Source: Callorhinchus milii (lineage: Eukaryota). Taken from it: a stretch of DNA of 64,000 nucleotides. A model generated the notes under the pieces. It did not search any database, was not told the origin of the DNA, and saw only the letters and a program-made list of their open reading frames with translations. Every line of letters starts with the position of its first letter. The stretch's first letter is position 1. The stretch spans positions 109,184,001-109,248,000 of the forward strand of contig NW_024704743.1 in NCBI RefSeq assembly GCF_018977255.1, given 5' to 3'. Shown in pieces: positions 49,446-63,620 of this stretch. The position numbers were made by a program, and so were the translations under genes.

Positions 49446-52058
49446 AAAAAAAGAGTTAGGAATGCAAGCGGGAATTAAAGACTGGAGAATGGGCAAAACC
49501 AAGTGGTAGAGAGGAGTTCCAGAGGTTAGCATCATAAGAACTGGAGGCTTGGCCACTGATGATGGCACGGACAGACCAATCCTGGAACAGAGGGGTGGAG
49601 GGAGATGCATAAGCCCTGAGACAAACGAGCAAAAGGGGCGAGTAGAGGAGTGGGGTGTGAACAGGTCAGAGAGATAGGGAGGTGCCGGGGCATGAAGTGA
49701 TTTGTAGGTGAGTGTGAGGTTCTTAAAATTCATTAAAGAAATGGACTTAATGATTCATTAATTAAATTTCCATTACTTAAAGAAATGCACTTAAGGATAA
49801 GACCAGGTGGAATTTCAAGCCTTATGTTCTATCATTCATTCAGTATGTAAAATATTTTAAACAACAGCACACTCACTTTTCCTCTTGTATTTCAAAGACT
49901 TCATCGGTATTTATTTAAGCATTTAAGTCTAATGCAAAGTACTGCATTATGCAGCAGCTCTTTGATGCAGATTAAATACTTGTATGAATCAATGAAGCAT
50001 TTTAAATGAACTCTTTTTTTTGTGGTTGACTTTGTGGCTGTCCCTGCTGATGGATTAATATCTTTTAAGTGGACAATTCATTAACATGACTGCTCATTTG
50101 GAAATCTCATTGATTGTAAATGTTACAAATATTTAGGAGGTAGAATATTTATAGCACATTGAATGACACTGCATTAGAAATGTTCAGGTTTGGAATGTTT
50201 GTTGGTTTTGTGTCTTTGGCAACAAAGAAATCCTAAGATAAAAGCTTAGTACAGTCAACCTGGTTCAGTTGGTAGCATTCTTATTGCAGAGTCTGAAGGT
50301 TCAAGACTCATGTCAAGACTTGGAATTCACAGTCTAGGTTGACATTACAGTGCAGTGCTGGGAGAGAGTTGTACTGTCAGTGCTGCTGTCCTGTGGGTGA
50401 GATGTTTAACCAAGATCTGTCTGTCTGAACAAGCAGATCCCACAGCACTATTCGATGAGAGAATGGTGTTTCTCCTGGTGTCCTAGCCAACAATACTCCA
50501 AAGAAATAAAAGTGGTCATTCACTTCTTGGCTATTTGTGAGACATTTCTGTGTGAAAATTGGCTGCTGCTTTTCCCACCTCGCTGAAGGCAGATGCCTGT
50601 CAAAAAGATGAGAAAAACCTTAGGCCAAAGAAAGCCGTTGCCCGGAGTCTGGGTTTGTGAATCCATGTACATATATCCTGGACTCGGTATCCACCTTGAT
50701 TGGTATGCAGAGAGCTAAGCAGCTGCTGCTCAAACTCCATGCAGACAACTGATGGAACCATCTCTAAATGGATGGGGATGGGTGTCTGAGCTGTGGGCAG
50801 AAGGTGGGTGGCAATGTTCTTATAATGAGCTACTCACTAGGAAGCTCACAGAGTTCTAGGTATCACCTAGTGAGAGCTCAAACCTGTGCTTGTCAGATGT
50901 CAAATGGCCAACTATTGACAACGATTGAATGTGCTGGTTGGGGAAGGGCAGAAAGGTAAGCAAAGTACTCTGTGGCTCAGTTGGCCCCAGGGTCATGTGC
51001 TGGACAACAGAATGTCAGAATTGAGTTAAAACTCTGTGGTGATCTAGGTATCCCGGTTTCTGAACTAGGTGGGTCTGCTGTTGCCAATTTTTTCCACAAT
51101 TCGCTTGTAATGCAAATCGTGAGACATTGGACCCAGCTGACTGGGTAGCAACAAGAATTTCTTGTAGCTATTAACAAGGATGAGCTCACCCACTTCTGCT
51201 TGGTGTGACAATTACAGTCAGGGTGATGAAAAAGTGATAGCTCATATTTTGCTCTTGGAGGTAGGTTACTTCTAGTGCTAGAAATTCAGCGATCATACTT
51301 TACGGTCACTGCTGAGTAATGTGGAAAAGTTGTTAATGCTGTTAGTAGTAGCTGGGTTGCATTGAATAAAAAACATTATCTGGCTAGCTTTATCTCCTCT
51401 AGGACCTTAAAATAGCAAACTGAATGGGTAGTCTGGAAAGCGATTCTTCCCATTATAACAGCTCTAAGCTTTGTATCAGGTTAACAGAAAAAATCAACTC
51501 CAGCTGTGACCCACTTTGGGTTACAACATCAGCCAAATGAGTATTGCTTGAAAGTGGGTGAGACACATTAGTACTTTTGCAAAACTCAAATTCCTTAGAG
51601 AGCCCAAAGGTATTAATCTTGAATTCAAAGATTTTCTAAAAATGGAACCATTTGCTCTCAGTAAGCCCCCTTAACTTAACTCTCTGCTGATGAGAAACAT
51701 TTGTTAAACTACAGAAGATACAGAGGAAGCAGAGGCAAAGATATCAATGATAAAACTTGAAAGACTGATAGAAATCCCAGAAGACTCCTTTTATTTCTCT
51801 GTCAGCCTCACATCATCAAATATTTCAATGACATAGTTTGAGAGGCAAAGATCCTTCTATTTTGGAGCTCACTCAAAGCAATTTTATCTTAGCAGCATGT
51901 CACTGTTCTGCAGTGTATTAGTATTCAAATAAAACAGCAACAGTAGAAAGTTGAAGAAGAAGAAAAAGAAGAACCCTTACGCTTGATAAAGTGGCTTCCA
52001 TTCAGTATGGTGCTTTTCATGTCAGGAGGTTATCTCAAACGTTTCACATGATATATGG

Positions 52059-52277
52059 GATAATAATCCCTCCAGAAAAACAAAAACAATAATAAATTGG
52101 TCATTTTCAATCCACGACTGTTTGTGGGACATTGCTGTGCGCAATTGGCTGCCGCGTTTGCCCACAAATATACAGTCAATTTCACTTTACAGTGTGTTCT
52201 GTGAAGCGCTTTGGGACGTCCTCCCGATGTGAAAAGCGCTATATCAAATGCAAGGATTATTATTATTATTATTATTA
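52059..52277 (+). mobile_element. 5'-truncated young SINE
   Basis: Core and tail match 17852-18172; similar truncated copies at 4515-4782(-), 9190-9422(+), 20515-20698(-), 38008-38105(+). Confidence 0.88.
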
Positions 52278-53131
52278 AGGACAGTGACTTTATATTTTTG
52301 TTGGCAAACCCGCCAGCCTGAAATCTCAGTTTTGTAATTCACAACTGGAACAGGTTACCAGGAAGGGAGGTAGATGCCAGGTGCAGAATTTTTCTAAGCA
52401 GCGTCTTGATGCTGCAGTGGGAAGATCATCCAAACATCCTTGTGATCCTATGGAGAATTGTGAAATCCCAAAGCCCAAAAATAAGCCAAGGAGCGAAATG
52501 ATAGGTATGGTGCTGATTGACCTTATTTTGGATGTCCCGAGCTTGGGACACACACTAGTTGCTGTTTGTGAATCTCATAATTCACAATTTGCAAACATTC
52601 ACAAATCATGCTTAACGCAATGTACCCAGTTTCTGAATATTGCTTGTTAGATCCCATTATCACAAAGTTCAATGGTAGCTTTGAGTAATAAGAGAAGCAT
52701 GTTCAACATTAGAAAGCCAACAACTTGCATTTATATACAGTAGCACCCTTCACATTGGATAAACATTTCTGAGCATTGAAAAGAACTGAACTAGACAGTG
52801 CTACAATTTGTAGTTACATATATTGTAGAGCATCTTGCGTGTAGGGCCTCTTTTTATCTTCATGTCAGAATGGTTATGTAGTGTCCCAGCAGTGGTACAG
52901 AATGGAACCCAAGGCATGTGTTATGACTAGCTGTGGTCAGTGTTATCATCTGCTGCTCACCATATTTATCTGCCCATGGAGCCCTTTGTCAAGTCCATTA
53001 TGATGTCTCATCACTACGTTGTGCAGAATGCCTCAGAAACAATTAAGTTAATTTTAATAATAATCCTTGCATTTGATATAGCGCCTTATCATGTCTTCGA
53101 GACTTCTCAAAGCACTTCACAGAATACACTG

Positions 53132-53456
53132 TAATAATAATAATAATAATCCTTGCATTTGATATAGCGCTTTTCACGTCGGGAGGACGTCCCAAAGCGC
53201 TTCACAGAACACACTGTAAAGTGAATTGACTGTATATTTGTGGGCGAACGCGGCAGCCAATTGCGCACAGCAATGTCCCACAAACAGTCGTAGATTGAAA
53301 ATGACCAATTTATTATTGTTTTTGGATTTGGAGGGATAATTATTAGGCCCTGTGTGGAGTAAGGAAACTTGCCCAAGGTTTCGCCCTGTCTGGAATTGAA
53401 CTCAGGTCTCTCGCTTGCAAAGCGAGTGCTCTAACCACTGAGCTACAGGACTCCAC
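53132..53456 (-). mobile_element. Full-length young SINE inserted into an older long-form SINE (host 53055-53133 and 53457-53607)
   Basis: Host 3' end lies to the left and host 5' half to the right; host middle is missing. Confidence 0.9.
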
Positions 53457-55889
53457 AATCAACTAATCAACTAATAATCGGTCTCCTACTTACTGCTAGG
53501 TAAACAGAGGCATGTGGTGTAAGGAAACTTGCCCAAAATTTTGCCCTGCCAGGAATCAAACTTGCTTTTGAAGTGATTGCTCTAACCACTGAGCTACAGG
53601 ACTCCACTTGCGGTAATTTCAAACAGAATTTCTTAATTAAGAATTTTCTGTTGCTGTCTGATAGGAATGCTTTATTTTCAATCTGGGGTTCCTTTGAGTC
53701 ATTGTGACTTACTTAATTTGAAGCATTTTGAGATGTGCCCCAAAAGTGAGATATCCCCCCAAGCGCTATATAAATAGTAAATTGTATTGTATTACTTCCA
53801 ATTACTGGAAGGAATTGCCACTCTGATTTCTTACTTAAGAAATACCATTAAGAAATACTGCAAATTTGACCCCAGCAAATATTCATGGACTCGCTTAAGA
53901 GTTTTGTTGTGATATGTCACCACCATCATCCCCCAATGAAATCTAACAGCTTTAGCTCATTTTCAAATTGTCTATCATGCACTTTATAACTATTGCTGTA
54001 TGCGGTAAGTGCAGCATTTATCTTCTTTATATTTTCTTTGAAGAGCTAGCTCTGGATTCATTTCAGCCACAGCTCTAGATCTCTGTCACATACAAAAGAG
54101 TAAATGGTAATAAAGATGGAATACAGGTGTATTTTATCCCCAATATGTTTTCTTTCCAAAACCCGCTGACTAGTTCACCACTACTAAGGACCAAACAGTC
54201 CTGGGAACTAGCAGTTAACAACAACAAATTGCATTTATACAGCGCTTTTCATGCCAGGAGGATGTGATACTAGCCATTTGAGGGGTTGCAGCTGAGCTGT
54301 TGGTTGCATTCGGGAGGAGTGTGGGCCAAAGGTAGTGAGGGTGTGAAGATGACCGAAGGCCAAATTTGTTACTTTCTGGATGTCACATATACACTCTACG
54401 ACAACAAACCACACTTGCTCCAAGTTTGCACATGCTATGACTTAGCTCCTTGGTGGCAGGGATTCAAAAAGTGAGAGAAAGGGAAATCAATGAACATTTA
54501 ATAGAAATCAACCAAAAATAAATGTGGAAGGCAAAAAGCAAGAGAAGAAAGCATAGGATAATAGCAGCAACAATGAACCTAAAGGGTTATCATCTGGTGT
54601 TCACTAAACATAGTGATCTTTTCATTACTTTTGCAGAAAAGGATTGCAAAGTGATAGGTGCCAGATGGACCCTCAAGACAGAGTCAACATCACTGAATTG
54701 GAATCGAAGAGGAATAGAGAATAAATGACAGTGAGGAACAAACTGAGAAAAAGCAAAGGAAAGGAATAGCAACAGGCCAATCACTTAAAATAGGTATTTT
54801 TGCTACGTCCTTAATAGTGGGAAATCTCAATATAGAGACCTAAGAAAAGGATTGCTATTTATAGCAATTGCAGACGCCAAAGAGAAAGACAATTACTATT
54901 AGATGAGGAAAAGTAAAAAAAGGGAAATAGCAACATAACACAACACAGAAGTGAAGTGGAAAAAACAGCAAAGGAAATAAAAATCAAGGTCTGAAATAGT
55001 ACATTGCAGAATAGATTTCAAGCAATTTTTAACTATAGAATTTGTTATGAAATGTCCTAAAGATTGGCAGTGGAACTAAATAATAATAGGAAGAAAAAAT
55101 ACCATTTGTAAAGCATCTTTCTTGTCAGAAGGACATCCCTACAACACCCCTCTCCCCACCCATTGCCACTTCCCCAACTCCAGACATTGGTTTGACCAAC
55201 ATCTTGAGACCTATCTCCTGCATTAAGACCTATCTCTTTCAATGCTCTTGACCAACCCCTCACCCCCAGCTCGGACTCCAATTCAACTGGGTGAAGTTCT
55301 TTGAGATATTCTCTGAACGTGAAAGGCACCATTTAAATGTTCTAAGGCAATTTGCAAACAAAAACTTTCTGTCGTCTTAGCTGCCGCTTGGCAGCCCCCA
55401 ATTTCCTTTTTTTAGTCCCAGAGGTAATGTTTGAAAGCTATCACAGGATAGCAATTGAGTTACATTAGTATTCTATTTTTACCTGTAATGAAAAAAACAT
55501 CAATCTCCATGATCAGTGGCAGCATTGGAGAATTCTTCATCCCTATCACATGTATACATTTTTAAATGTGATTGAAAAAGTAAACCCAGAACAATATTCT
55601 AGGATGCACCAAGCCAGTAGAACAAGAGGACATCGGTTTAGAGTTGCAAAGGACAATTTCATGGCAGACGCTAGGACATTTTTCTTTAACCAGAAAGTAA
55701 TTAATGACTGGAACAGGTTGCCATAATGGGTGTGGGAGGCCAGAGTACTGGACGCATTTTAAAAACAGCTTAATGATGTGATGGGTGGGGGGGCAGGCTG
55801 GGTATTCTGGAGATGGATATTCTCTCTTCCCAGTTGTAAAGACCCTAGTTAGGCCACAGTTAGAGTATTAAGGACATAACATACAAAAT

Positions 55890-56250
55890 ACTTACCTGCC
55901 CGTACCCTCCGTTCCTCTGGCTCCAGTCTGCTCCACATCCCCCACCCTAACCGCCCTACCATCGGTGGCCGGGCTTCAGCCTCTCAGCCCCAAAGCTCTG
56001 GAACTCCATCCCCTAGTGCCTTCGCCTTGCCTCCTCCCTTTCCTCCCTCAAGGCCAGTCTCAAGACCTTTCTCTTTGACCGTGCCTTCAGCTCCCCTCTC
56101 GACTCTCTACCCCCTCCTTGCTCCCTCCCTTCCCTCCCCTCACCCTGACCATTTCCCCCCAGCTCGGGTCCTGACCCAACTGTCCAGCGCCTTGGGACAT
56201 CCTCCCAACGTGAAAGGCGCTCTATAAATGAAATCTTGTTGTTGTTGTTG
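55890..56250 (+). mobile_element. L2 3' end (young)
   Basis: Near-identical to 1-470 and 3985-4458; (ttg)n tail. Confidence 0.9.
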
Positions 56251-59200
56251 AAATGCTGGACGAAAAAAACAAGGTCCATCTAGTTTGCCTTCCACTTTCG
56301 TGGAGATCGCATGCACATATGTCCCGAACTACCTTTGAAGTATATCCCATAATGTTAGTTCCTAAAAGAAAACTATCTCATCTGTGTTGGAAGGAATCAA
56401 CATTTCAAGTCTAGTTATGTCTAGTTTTGGATGTGCTATTATTGGAAGGATATAAAAGCAATAGAAAGGTGCACGGCAAATTCAGTGCTGAATGGTACAA
56501 TCAATCTTGAAGCTTTAGGTAGATGTGCATTGGATTGTATATGCTGTATGTCATTAATTATTCATCTATAATGTTAAAACTTGAATTGAGACTAACTTAA
56601 GAAAAGCAGAACTTAATATAGTAACATTTCCACATTACTCAATGATGATGGAAGTAAATATGCCAGGAACAAAGGTTAAGATTACAGTATCAGTTTTCCA
56701 TCTATTAGACACACCTTAACTAAAGAAATCTTTACACTAAGAAAAAATATTAGGAATAAAACATGATATTTATGAGTAATTGCCCCCACTCAAACAGAAA
56801 ATTGCTTCAGAAGATCAATAATGCCAAAATATTCCCTCAAGAGTTTTAATAAACCCTTCAATAACCTGAGGTCAAATCTAGTTGTAATGGAAGAAAATTG
56901 CCAGTATTTACAGTGTTTATTTGCCAGGGCTACATGCAATTACTTCTGTAAGAATAGGCTTCTTATCATGAGAGAGGTTCGGATGAAGAAGGCCCTTTGG
57001 GCCATTTGTTTCCATCCTTAAAGAATACCAATATACTCCTATTACAGCACCGGCTGTGTTTTTTTAATGAGTCCAGTACCCTGTCATTTGAACTCACAAC
57101 GTTATGACTCGGAGGTGAGAGTGTAAGCACATGAGCCAAACTGGTAATATGCTTCATTGCATAGTGAATGACAAAGGCTTATATTAAGACAAATTGTTGT
57201 TGTAGTAGTAGCCACATTGTGAATTTTAGATTTTAGGCACAAGGAGGAGATTTTGAGAAGACCAAGTGTTGCCTATTCAACTTCTAATAGCTGGATTGAG
57301 AACAAGTTTGTTGGAGGACTGAGATCAGAAGGTGTGGGAATGCTGTTAGTGGGACCTAACAAATGGAGGATTGAGCTCAACACCACATCAACAAACATAT
57401 TTATTTCCATAGCTCCCCTGATAAATAATGCCTAATGAATCCAATGAAACCCAATGATAGCAACAATCAAAACCCCTTTGCTCTTTCCTCAGCAGAAACG
57501 TCCAATTATGGAAAGATTTGAGGATGAGGGGGTATTGAGGGGGTAGTAAATGCAATTTGTGATCTGATAATTATCATGGGTGATAAATAATTTTAACATG
57601 GTGCCTCACACAGCAGCACTGAAACAATGCCAGCTCCACTCCAGTGACTGCTAGCAACTAAGATAGCAACCGAGATCTTTGAGCAGCTTCTGGCCCAGCC
57701 ATTGTGGTGATGTCTGGGGTGTCAACCCCACAGAAATCGGTAACTATACGTGAGTTTGCACCACATACATGTTCCACGTGATAATTATCACATCACAAGT
57801 CACCTCCCCAGCACACTCCATTTACACATAAAATAAATATAATTGTGGTAATCATATGTTTAGGAAGCAAAAATATCAAATTGAAAAAAGTTGACAGGCT
57901 GAGGCAATGCAAAGTCATCTGCTGTTATCTTAACAGGCTAAGGTTTAACACAATGTAATTATTTTATGCAGCACTGACTATATTAGCTTTTCACTTCTTG
58001 TATAACAGGTTTACAATAGAATGTCAATTGAGGCAATGCAGAAGCTGACCATTATAGTGCACTTAACATCAATTTATGTGACACATGCTTTCAAGTGATT
58101 CATGTGTTACATTTGTCTCTGTTCACTCAAGAGTACTAGAAGTCAAAAGGTTTCAAATAAGATAGTCTCAAGGTTCATTCTTTTCAGTGATGCAGTGAAA
58201 GATAACCTATATTTTTAACATTAGGTTGAGAAAGATTTTCAAAAGGTCTATATTGTGCACATTTTAAATGTCACTTTTTGTGTTTATTTCAATAAATAGC
58301 AAATACAAGCCATAATCGTTGTACTTTCATACTCAGAATTTGTATATTTTTATCCTGCATCTTTTAAGTCCTGCGGATCTTTTGCAGCCAGTGAACATTA
58401 TTTCAATGAACATGCATCTGTAGAGAACTTATTGCAAGGCCCAAGCCCTTACATGTACATTTGATCATTGGGTGAAGACAGAATCAGCCCTGGTTGACGA
58501 TACCCTAAATAATAATAATAATCCTTATATTTCGTAAGGCACTTTTCACATCAGAAGGACAACCCCAAGCACTTCAGTGATTTGTGCGTGAACGTGACAG
58601 CCAATTTTGCAAACAGCAATGTCCCCCACACAGCCAAATTCAAAAGCTATAACAAATTAAAGCTATATTTTCCCTGACTACCTGATCATATATAATGCAA
58701 CAAGTGATCTGTTGCCTTGCACAGAATACTTGGACATGTCAAGCACACACAGAGTAGTTTGTGGCTAAATCATTGGGTGGGGGTGCTGAGCATCAGATTA
58801 AGTGCTAGCTGAGGTGCTGTGGTAATCTATGGATGATCCCATTTACTATAATTGCCATTTCATGGATGTTACTAACTCAGAACCTCTTTCTAGGGTTTTG
58901 TTATCCATTATCAGGGTTCACCATTTCGTGAATGTAAAAGTATATTGACTACAATGCTACTATGTCTTTTAAACATCCATGGGTTAGTTTCATTGTGAGA
59001 ATCTTCTCACCTATAAAATTAAATAAAAGTACAACATTATTTCAGCATGGAAACAGGCCATTCGGCCCAACTAGTCTGTGCTGGTGTTTCTACTCCACAC
59101 AACCTTCCACCCCTCCTATTCCTCTCTCTCATATGCCTTTATTTCCCTTCTCAACTATCCCTCTATTCCTTTCTCCCTCAAGTATGCATCAAGTTTCTAC

Positions 59201-61323
59201 TTAAATAAGTTTTGCTTTTTACTTTGTTTAGTTTTTTTGACTTTTTTTTAATCCATGTGTTTCATGAGTTGTTTCATGAGTCATTTATCAGATGGCAGAG
59301 CATACAAGTAACCTTCTCCCTGGTCAGCTCACCTCACTCTGTAATTGACAGAGTAGTGAGAGCAGGTCAAGGGATCGTTACTGCTGTACTCTTCCTCCCT
59401 CTGTAACCACAAGCAGAAACTTGGCATGTGCTACACCATCAGACCACTGACTACAATTATTGTGATGAAATTCCTTTAATTTCTAATATATTTTTCAAGA
59501 ATCAAGAAGTAATCAGAAACAAGGAAAATTATCATCCCTTTATGTGCCAATTTACCTCAATTCGTAGTACTCTAATCTCAGTCAGAAGATTGTTGGTTCA
59601 AGCCCCACATGACTTTCAACTCATAATCTAGGTTGACATTACACCCAGTGCAGTGCTGGGGGAGTGTTACCTGTTCAGATGGACATTAAAGATAGGTTAA
59701 AGATCCAATTGCGCCATTTGAAAAGTGAAGGGAGTTTCTTCTGGTGTCCTGGCCAACAATCTTCTGGATAAAATTGCTCACTCATTTCATGGCTATTTGT
59801 GGGACATTGCTCTGTTTACTGATTTCACCTACAAAATACACAATCACTACCCTTCACAGCAAATCCTGTGAAGCTCTTTGAGATATCCTCCTGATGTGAA
59901 AGGCGCTATATAAAATGTAATGATTATTATCCACGACAATGGTTTGTGCTCCAACTGATTATTTTATTCCCACAAGGGACAAATCTGCTATTTTCAACTC
60001 CAGTGTTTTAATACAGGCAGAAGAAGCACATAATTCTGTACTCATTTACTAAGATCCAACTAATTCAACGTAAAAGATGTATTCTTATACCTTGAAAGGC
60101 ATACTTAATTGTTGCCTTTAGATTTATACAGGGCTTTTTTATTCGGCAATATTCTGCATTGTAACATTTTCATCATTGCGTTTCGGTGCTTTTAACAAAA
60201 TATACCTTTCACTTACATAAGTAGCTTATACATGTTTTAGGATATGGTCTCTAATCACCACTTTGATGGGTCCAAAGATGGAATTTTAAGCACTTTTATT
60301 CATTTCAAGAAAGACTTTGAAAGTTACACATAATCATCACCAGGCATAAACGTGTGCTTTCTGCAGCAGCACAAGGCAACTGGGTGTGAAATAACAGCCA
60401 GTGATGTTGCTGTGTGCTGTTTCAGAAGCCTAACAGCTGTTGGGGTGGAGTATGTAGGCACATGTGTTTGTGATACATGCACAGTGACTGAAGCCTGTTG
60501 GGGCAATTTAAACAGTGTGCAAAACACATTCTAAGAGGAAATTGTAGCAATCTGGAGGATTCTGAGTCAGTCATTGACAGGGAAGTTCGAAAACGATGAA
60601 GTCTGAGCAAGACAGAGAAAGGGAATTGGTACAATGTGCAACAATAGGAACATTACAGAAAAGAACAAACCAAAGAGAGAGCGGACCAAGAGAGAGTGAG
60701 ATACAGACCAGAAGCAGTGTGAACAAAAATACTGAGAGGATGAGAGAAAACAGTATGGTCTATATGGGTGTTACTTGCATCCATCTGTATAGGTCAAATT
60801 AAATGAAAGAGTGAATTGTACAATCCACATTCCACAAATGTTATGTTTCTGGAAACACCAAAATATTGCTTATGCTGCCCACTAACGTTTCTCAAATACG
60901 GATCTAGCCCTCAGCAGCCAAAACAATAGACCACCATTTTACATAATAAAAATGAGAATTATTAAAATAGTAACTGATGTAACTTGTCTACGTCAGGAAA
61001 GGATCACTACCATATACGTTAAACTTGTCTTTTTTCTAATCAGCCTTGAATTAGGAAGGACAGCTGTTACCTGTATCAAACACTGCCATCTGCTGTATCT
61101 TCGATGCGTTTTGCTTATCTTTCAACCTTTCTAACTTCAGCATGTAGGCTTTTTAATGAAAACAATTAGAATGAACGAGAATATAAATTTCAACATACTG
61201 GGAACCCTCAATAATCATACAATCATGTATAGCATTCACTCTTCAAATAGTGCCATGGGATCTTTAACATCCACCTGAGCTTAACATTTCATCCAAAGGA
61301 CATATTGAGCTCATGGTCTAAAT

Positions 61324-61403
61324 CAGGGATGGCCAACTTGGGATCTATGGGACGCATATGACTATTCTATGCATTTGCCCGGGCCGCAAGTTGGCCAGCC
61401 TTG
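61324..61403. mobile_element. 80-bp hAT-type MITE
   Basis: TIRs cagggatggccaacttg / caagttggccagccttg (15/17); 8-bp flanks gtctaaat / gtctacac. Confidence 0.7.
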
Positions 61404-62981
61404 GTCTACACTGACATTTAAGTAGAATTGGGGAGAGGGAGTGCTGAATTGTCAGAGATACAAGTCCCTCAAATGAGCTGCTAAACCAAGCAGGTCTGTT
61501 TGTTCAGGTAAACTTTAATGATTCCATTAAACTTTTCAAAAATAGAAAAGAATCTCTCCTAATGTCCTAACCAACAATCCTTCAGATATAAATCAGTCAT
61601 TCAATTTGTGGCTATTTATGCAACATTTCTATGCGCAAATTAACTGCTGCTTTTTCTAACAAATACAGTCACTACATTCTAGAGTAAATCATGAGAAGCA
61701 TTTCAACAACGTAATTAGGTGCTATGTCGAAAGCTAGAGTCATTATTACCATTCATTTTCCATTTACTTATACTTGCAGTCTTCAATCCAGAAAGATTTT
61801 TCTTTCATTGATCATTGACCAGATCAGCAACTAAATGGTTCTGAATCTATCACTGTTTTTATGTTTGAGTGAAAATGGTTTGAAAATCTCGGAGGTTGAT
61901 GTTTTTGCTTGTGATTGTAGGCAGGATCCTGAATTACATGGATTTGATGCCACCACTTGTTGGCAAAGTGCAACTGCATTATTAGATACAACACAATCTG
62001 GTCGACTGATTTGTTTATTGTAGCATTTTTTAAATTCTTGCTTTTTCCCACAGTTATAAACCAGGCTACACATTGTGGGCTCTGGATGAGGTAACAGAAG
62101 GCTACCATCTGCTATTAATCTGCTATTTAATTTAAGGATTATTATTATTATTTATATCTTTGCTATTATCTAGTCCATGTAAACCTCATTTACAAAGAGG
62201 ATGTGGACTTTGGAACAATACTAGCACTGTTATTTCATTGGAGCTTCTCTTCAAATATTGCGAGCTACAGGTTGCCACACATTTCAGGACTCAAACTGCT
62301 GCTGTCAGTCTTCTCTCGTCTCTTGCCTATTTTCACTCGTATCTCTGGAGAGAACACTATCATGGGTTGGTGGCTGACCTGCAAACCCACAGCAGGGCCC
62401 CATCTGGATAGAAATGGATAAAAACAGTTAAATGTGTTCAGCAGACCGAAAGAGTCACAGTCCACCTGCAGAAAATGGACACTGTTCTTTATCCATGTGG
62501 GTCACTGGGTGCAGACCGTATAAATGATCAATTCCTAAAAGCTGCCCTCGATAGAAAGGATGTAGGGAATGGTGAAGTTCCATTGACATGCCATGGACTG
62601 CCTGTCTGCAAATGGCAAAGATTATTTTCAAGCATGTTTACTTCTGATATAACAGATAACAAACTTTGACTCAGATTGTTTAAATCCCATGAGAGGAAAA
62701 TAGCTTATTTGCTATCTTCTGCTCGTGGGATTCAAAAATGATAGTGGCGATAAATGCTCATGCTATCAGTTGTAATTACACTTAGACGGAAATTCTGGAT
62801 CTCCCCCCCTCCCCCACCCATTAGTCCAGCCAGAGGCCAGGGTTTAAGTGCACTGTGGACCCCACCCCTCAACCCGCTCAGAAACTAGACAACTGAGACT
62901 ACCAAATGACGTTCCATAGGTAAACATGCCATCTTGGGAGCCAGTTCAGCTCCAAGGAGACCCCATTTACACCCCCAACAT

Positions 62982-63002
62982 ACACACACACACACACACA
63001 CA
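62982..63002. repeat. (CA)n microsatellite
   Basis: acacacacacacacacacaca. Confidence 0.9.
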
Positions 63003-63620
63003 GAGGATAGGGCGCTTTATCAAATGCAAGGACTATCACTGTTATTTAATACTTTATTTAATATTTATTAAAAAAATGTTTTTGCAAGCCAAAGTTAAAT
63101 CACTCTGTTTGGGAGGAGGGGTCGGTGGTGGGGGTGGGGGGGAAGTCTTCAGCAGTTATTTGCATTGAAGATCGCTTGTGACAGACAGGCAGATAGGGGT
63201 TCACGGCCATTTTTAAAATTATAATGTGTGTTTTTGTTATAATGCGCGTGGAAAAAAAACGGCTTTGGACAGGTGTCTGATTTTAATTTTTGGGGGGTTT
63301 AAACCTGCAAATCGTGTTGCTTGTAAGTTTTATCTTTGAAGACCTTTTCTTGGTTTCAATAAGCAGATCTAAGTTGGCCACTCACTCTGCTGCTACCCGT
63401 AGGGAGGCAATGCATGATATTGGGTTTCTTTTTGGGGCTGGGCTCATATTTATAATAATAATTCTAATAACCATCCTTGCATTTCGATATAAGCTGTCGA
63501 TTCAATTCACGTGGTCGATTCAAGCCCTCTGGGACGCTACCCCGTGTGAGCAACGGTATATAAATGCAAGTTGTTGTCGTCGTCGAGGTGCCTCAAAGCG
63601 CTTCACAGGATATACTGTAA

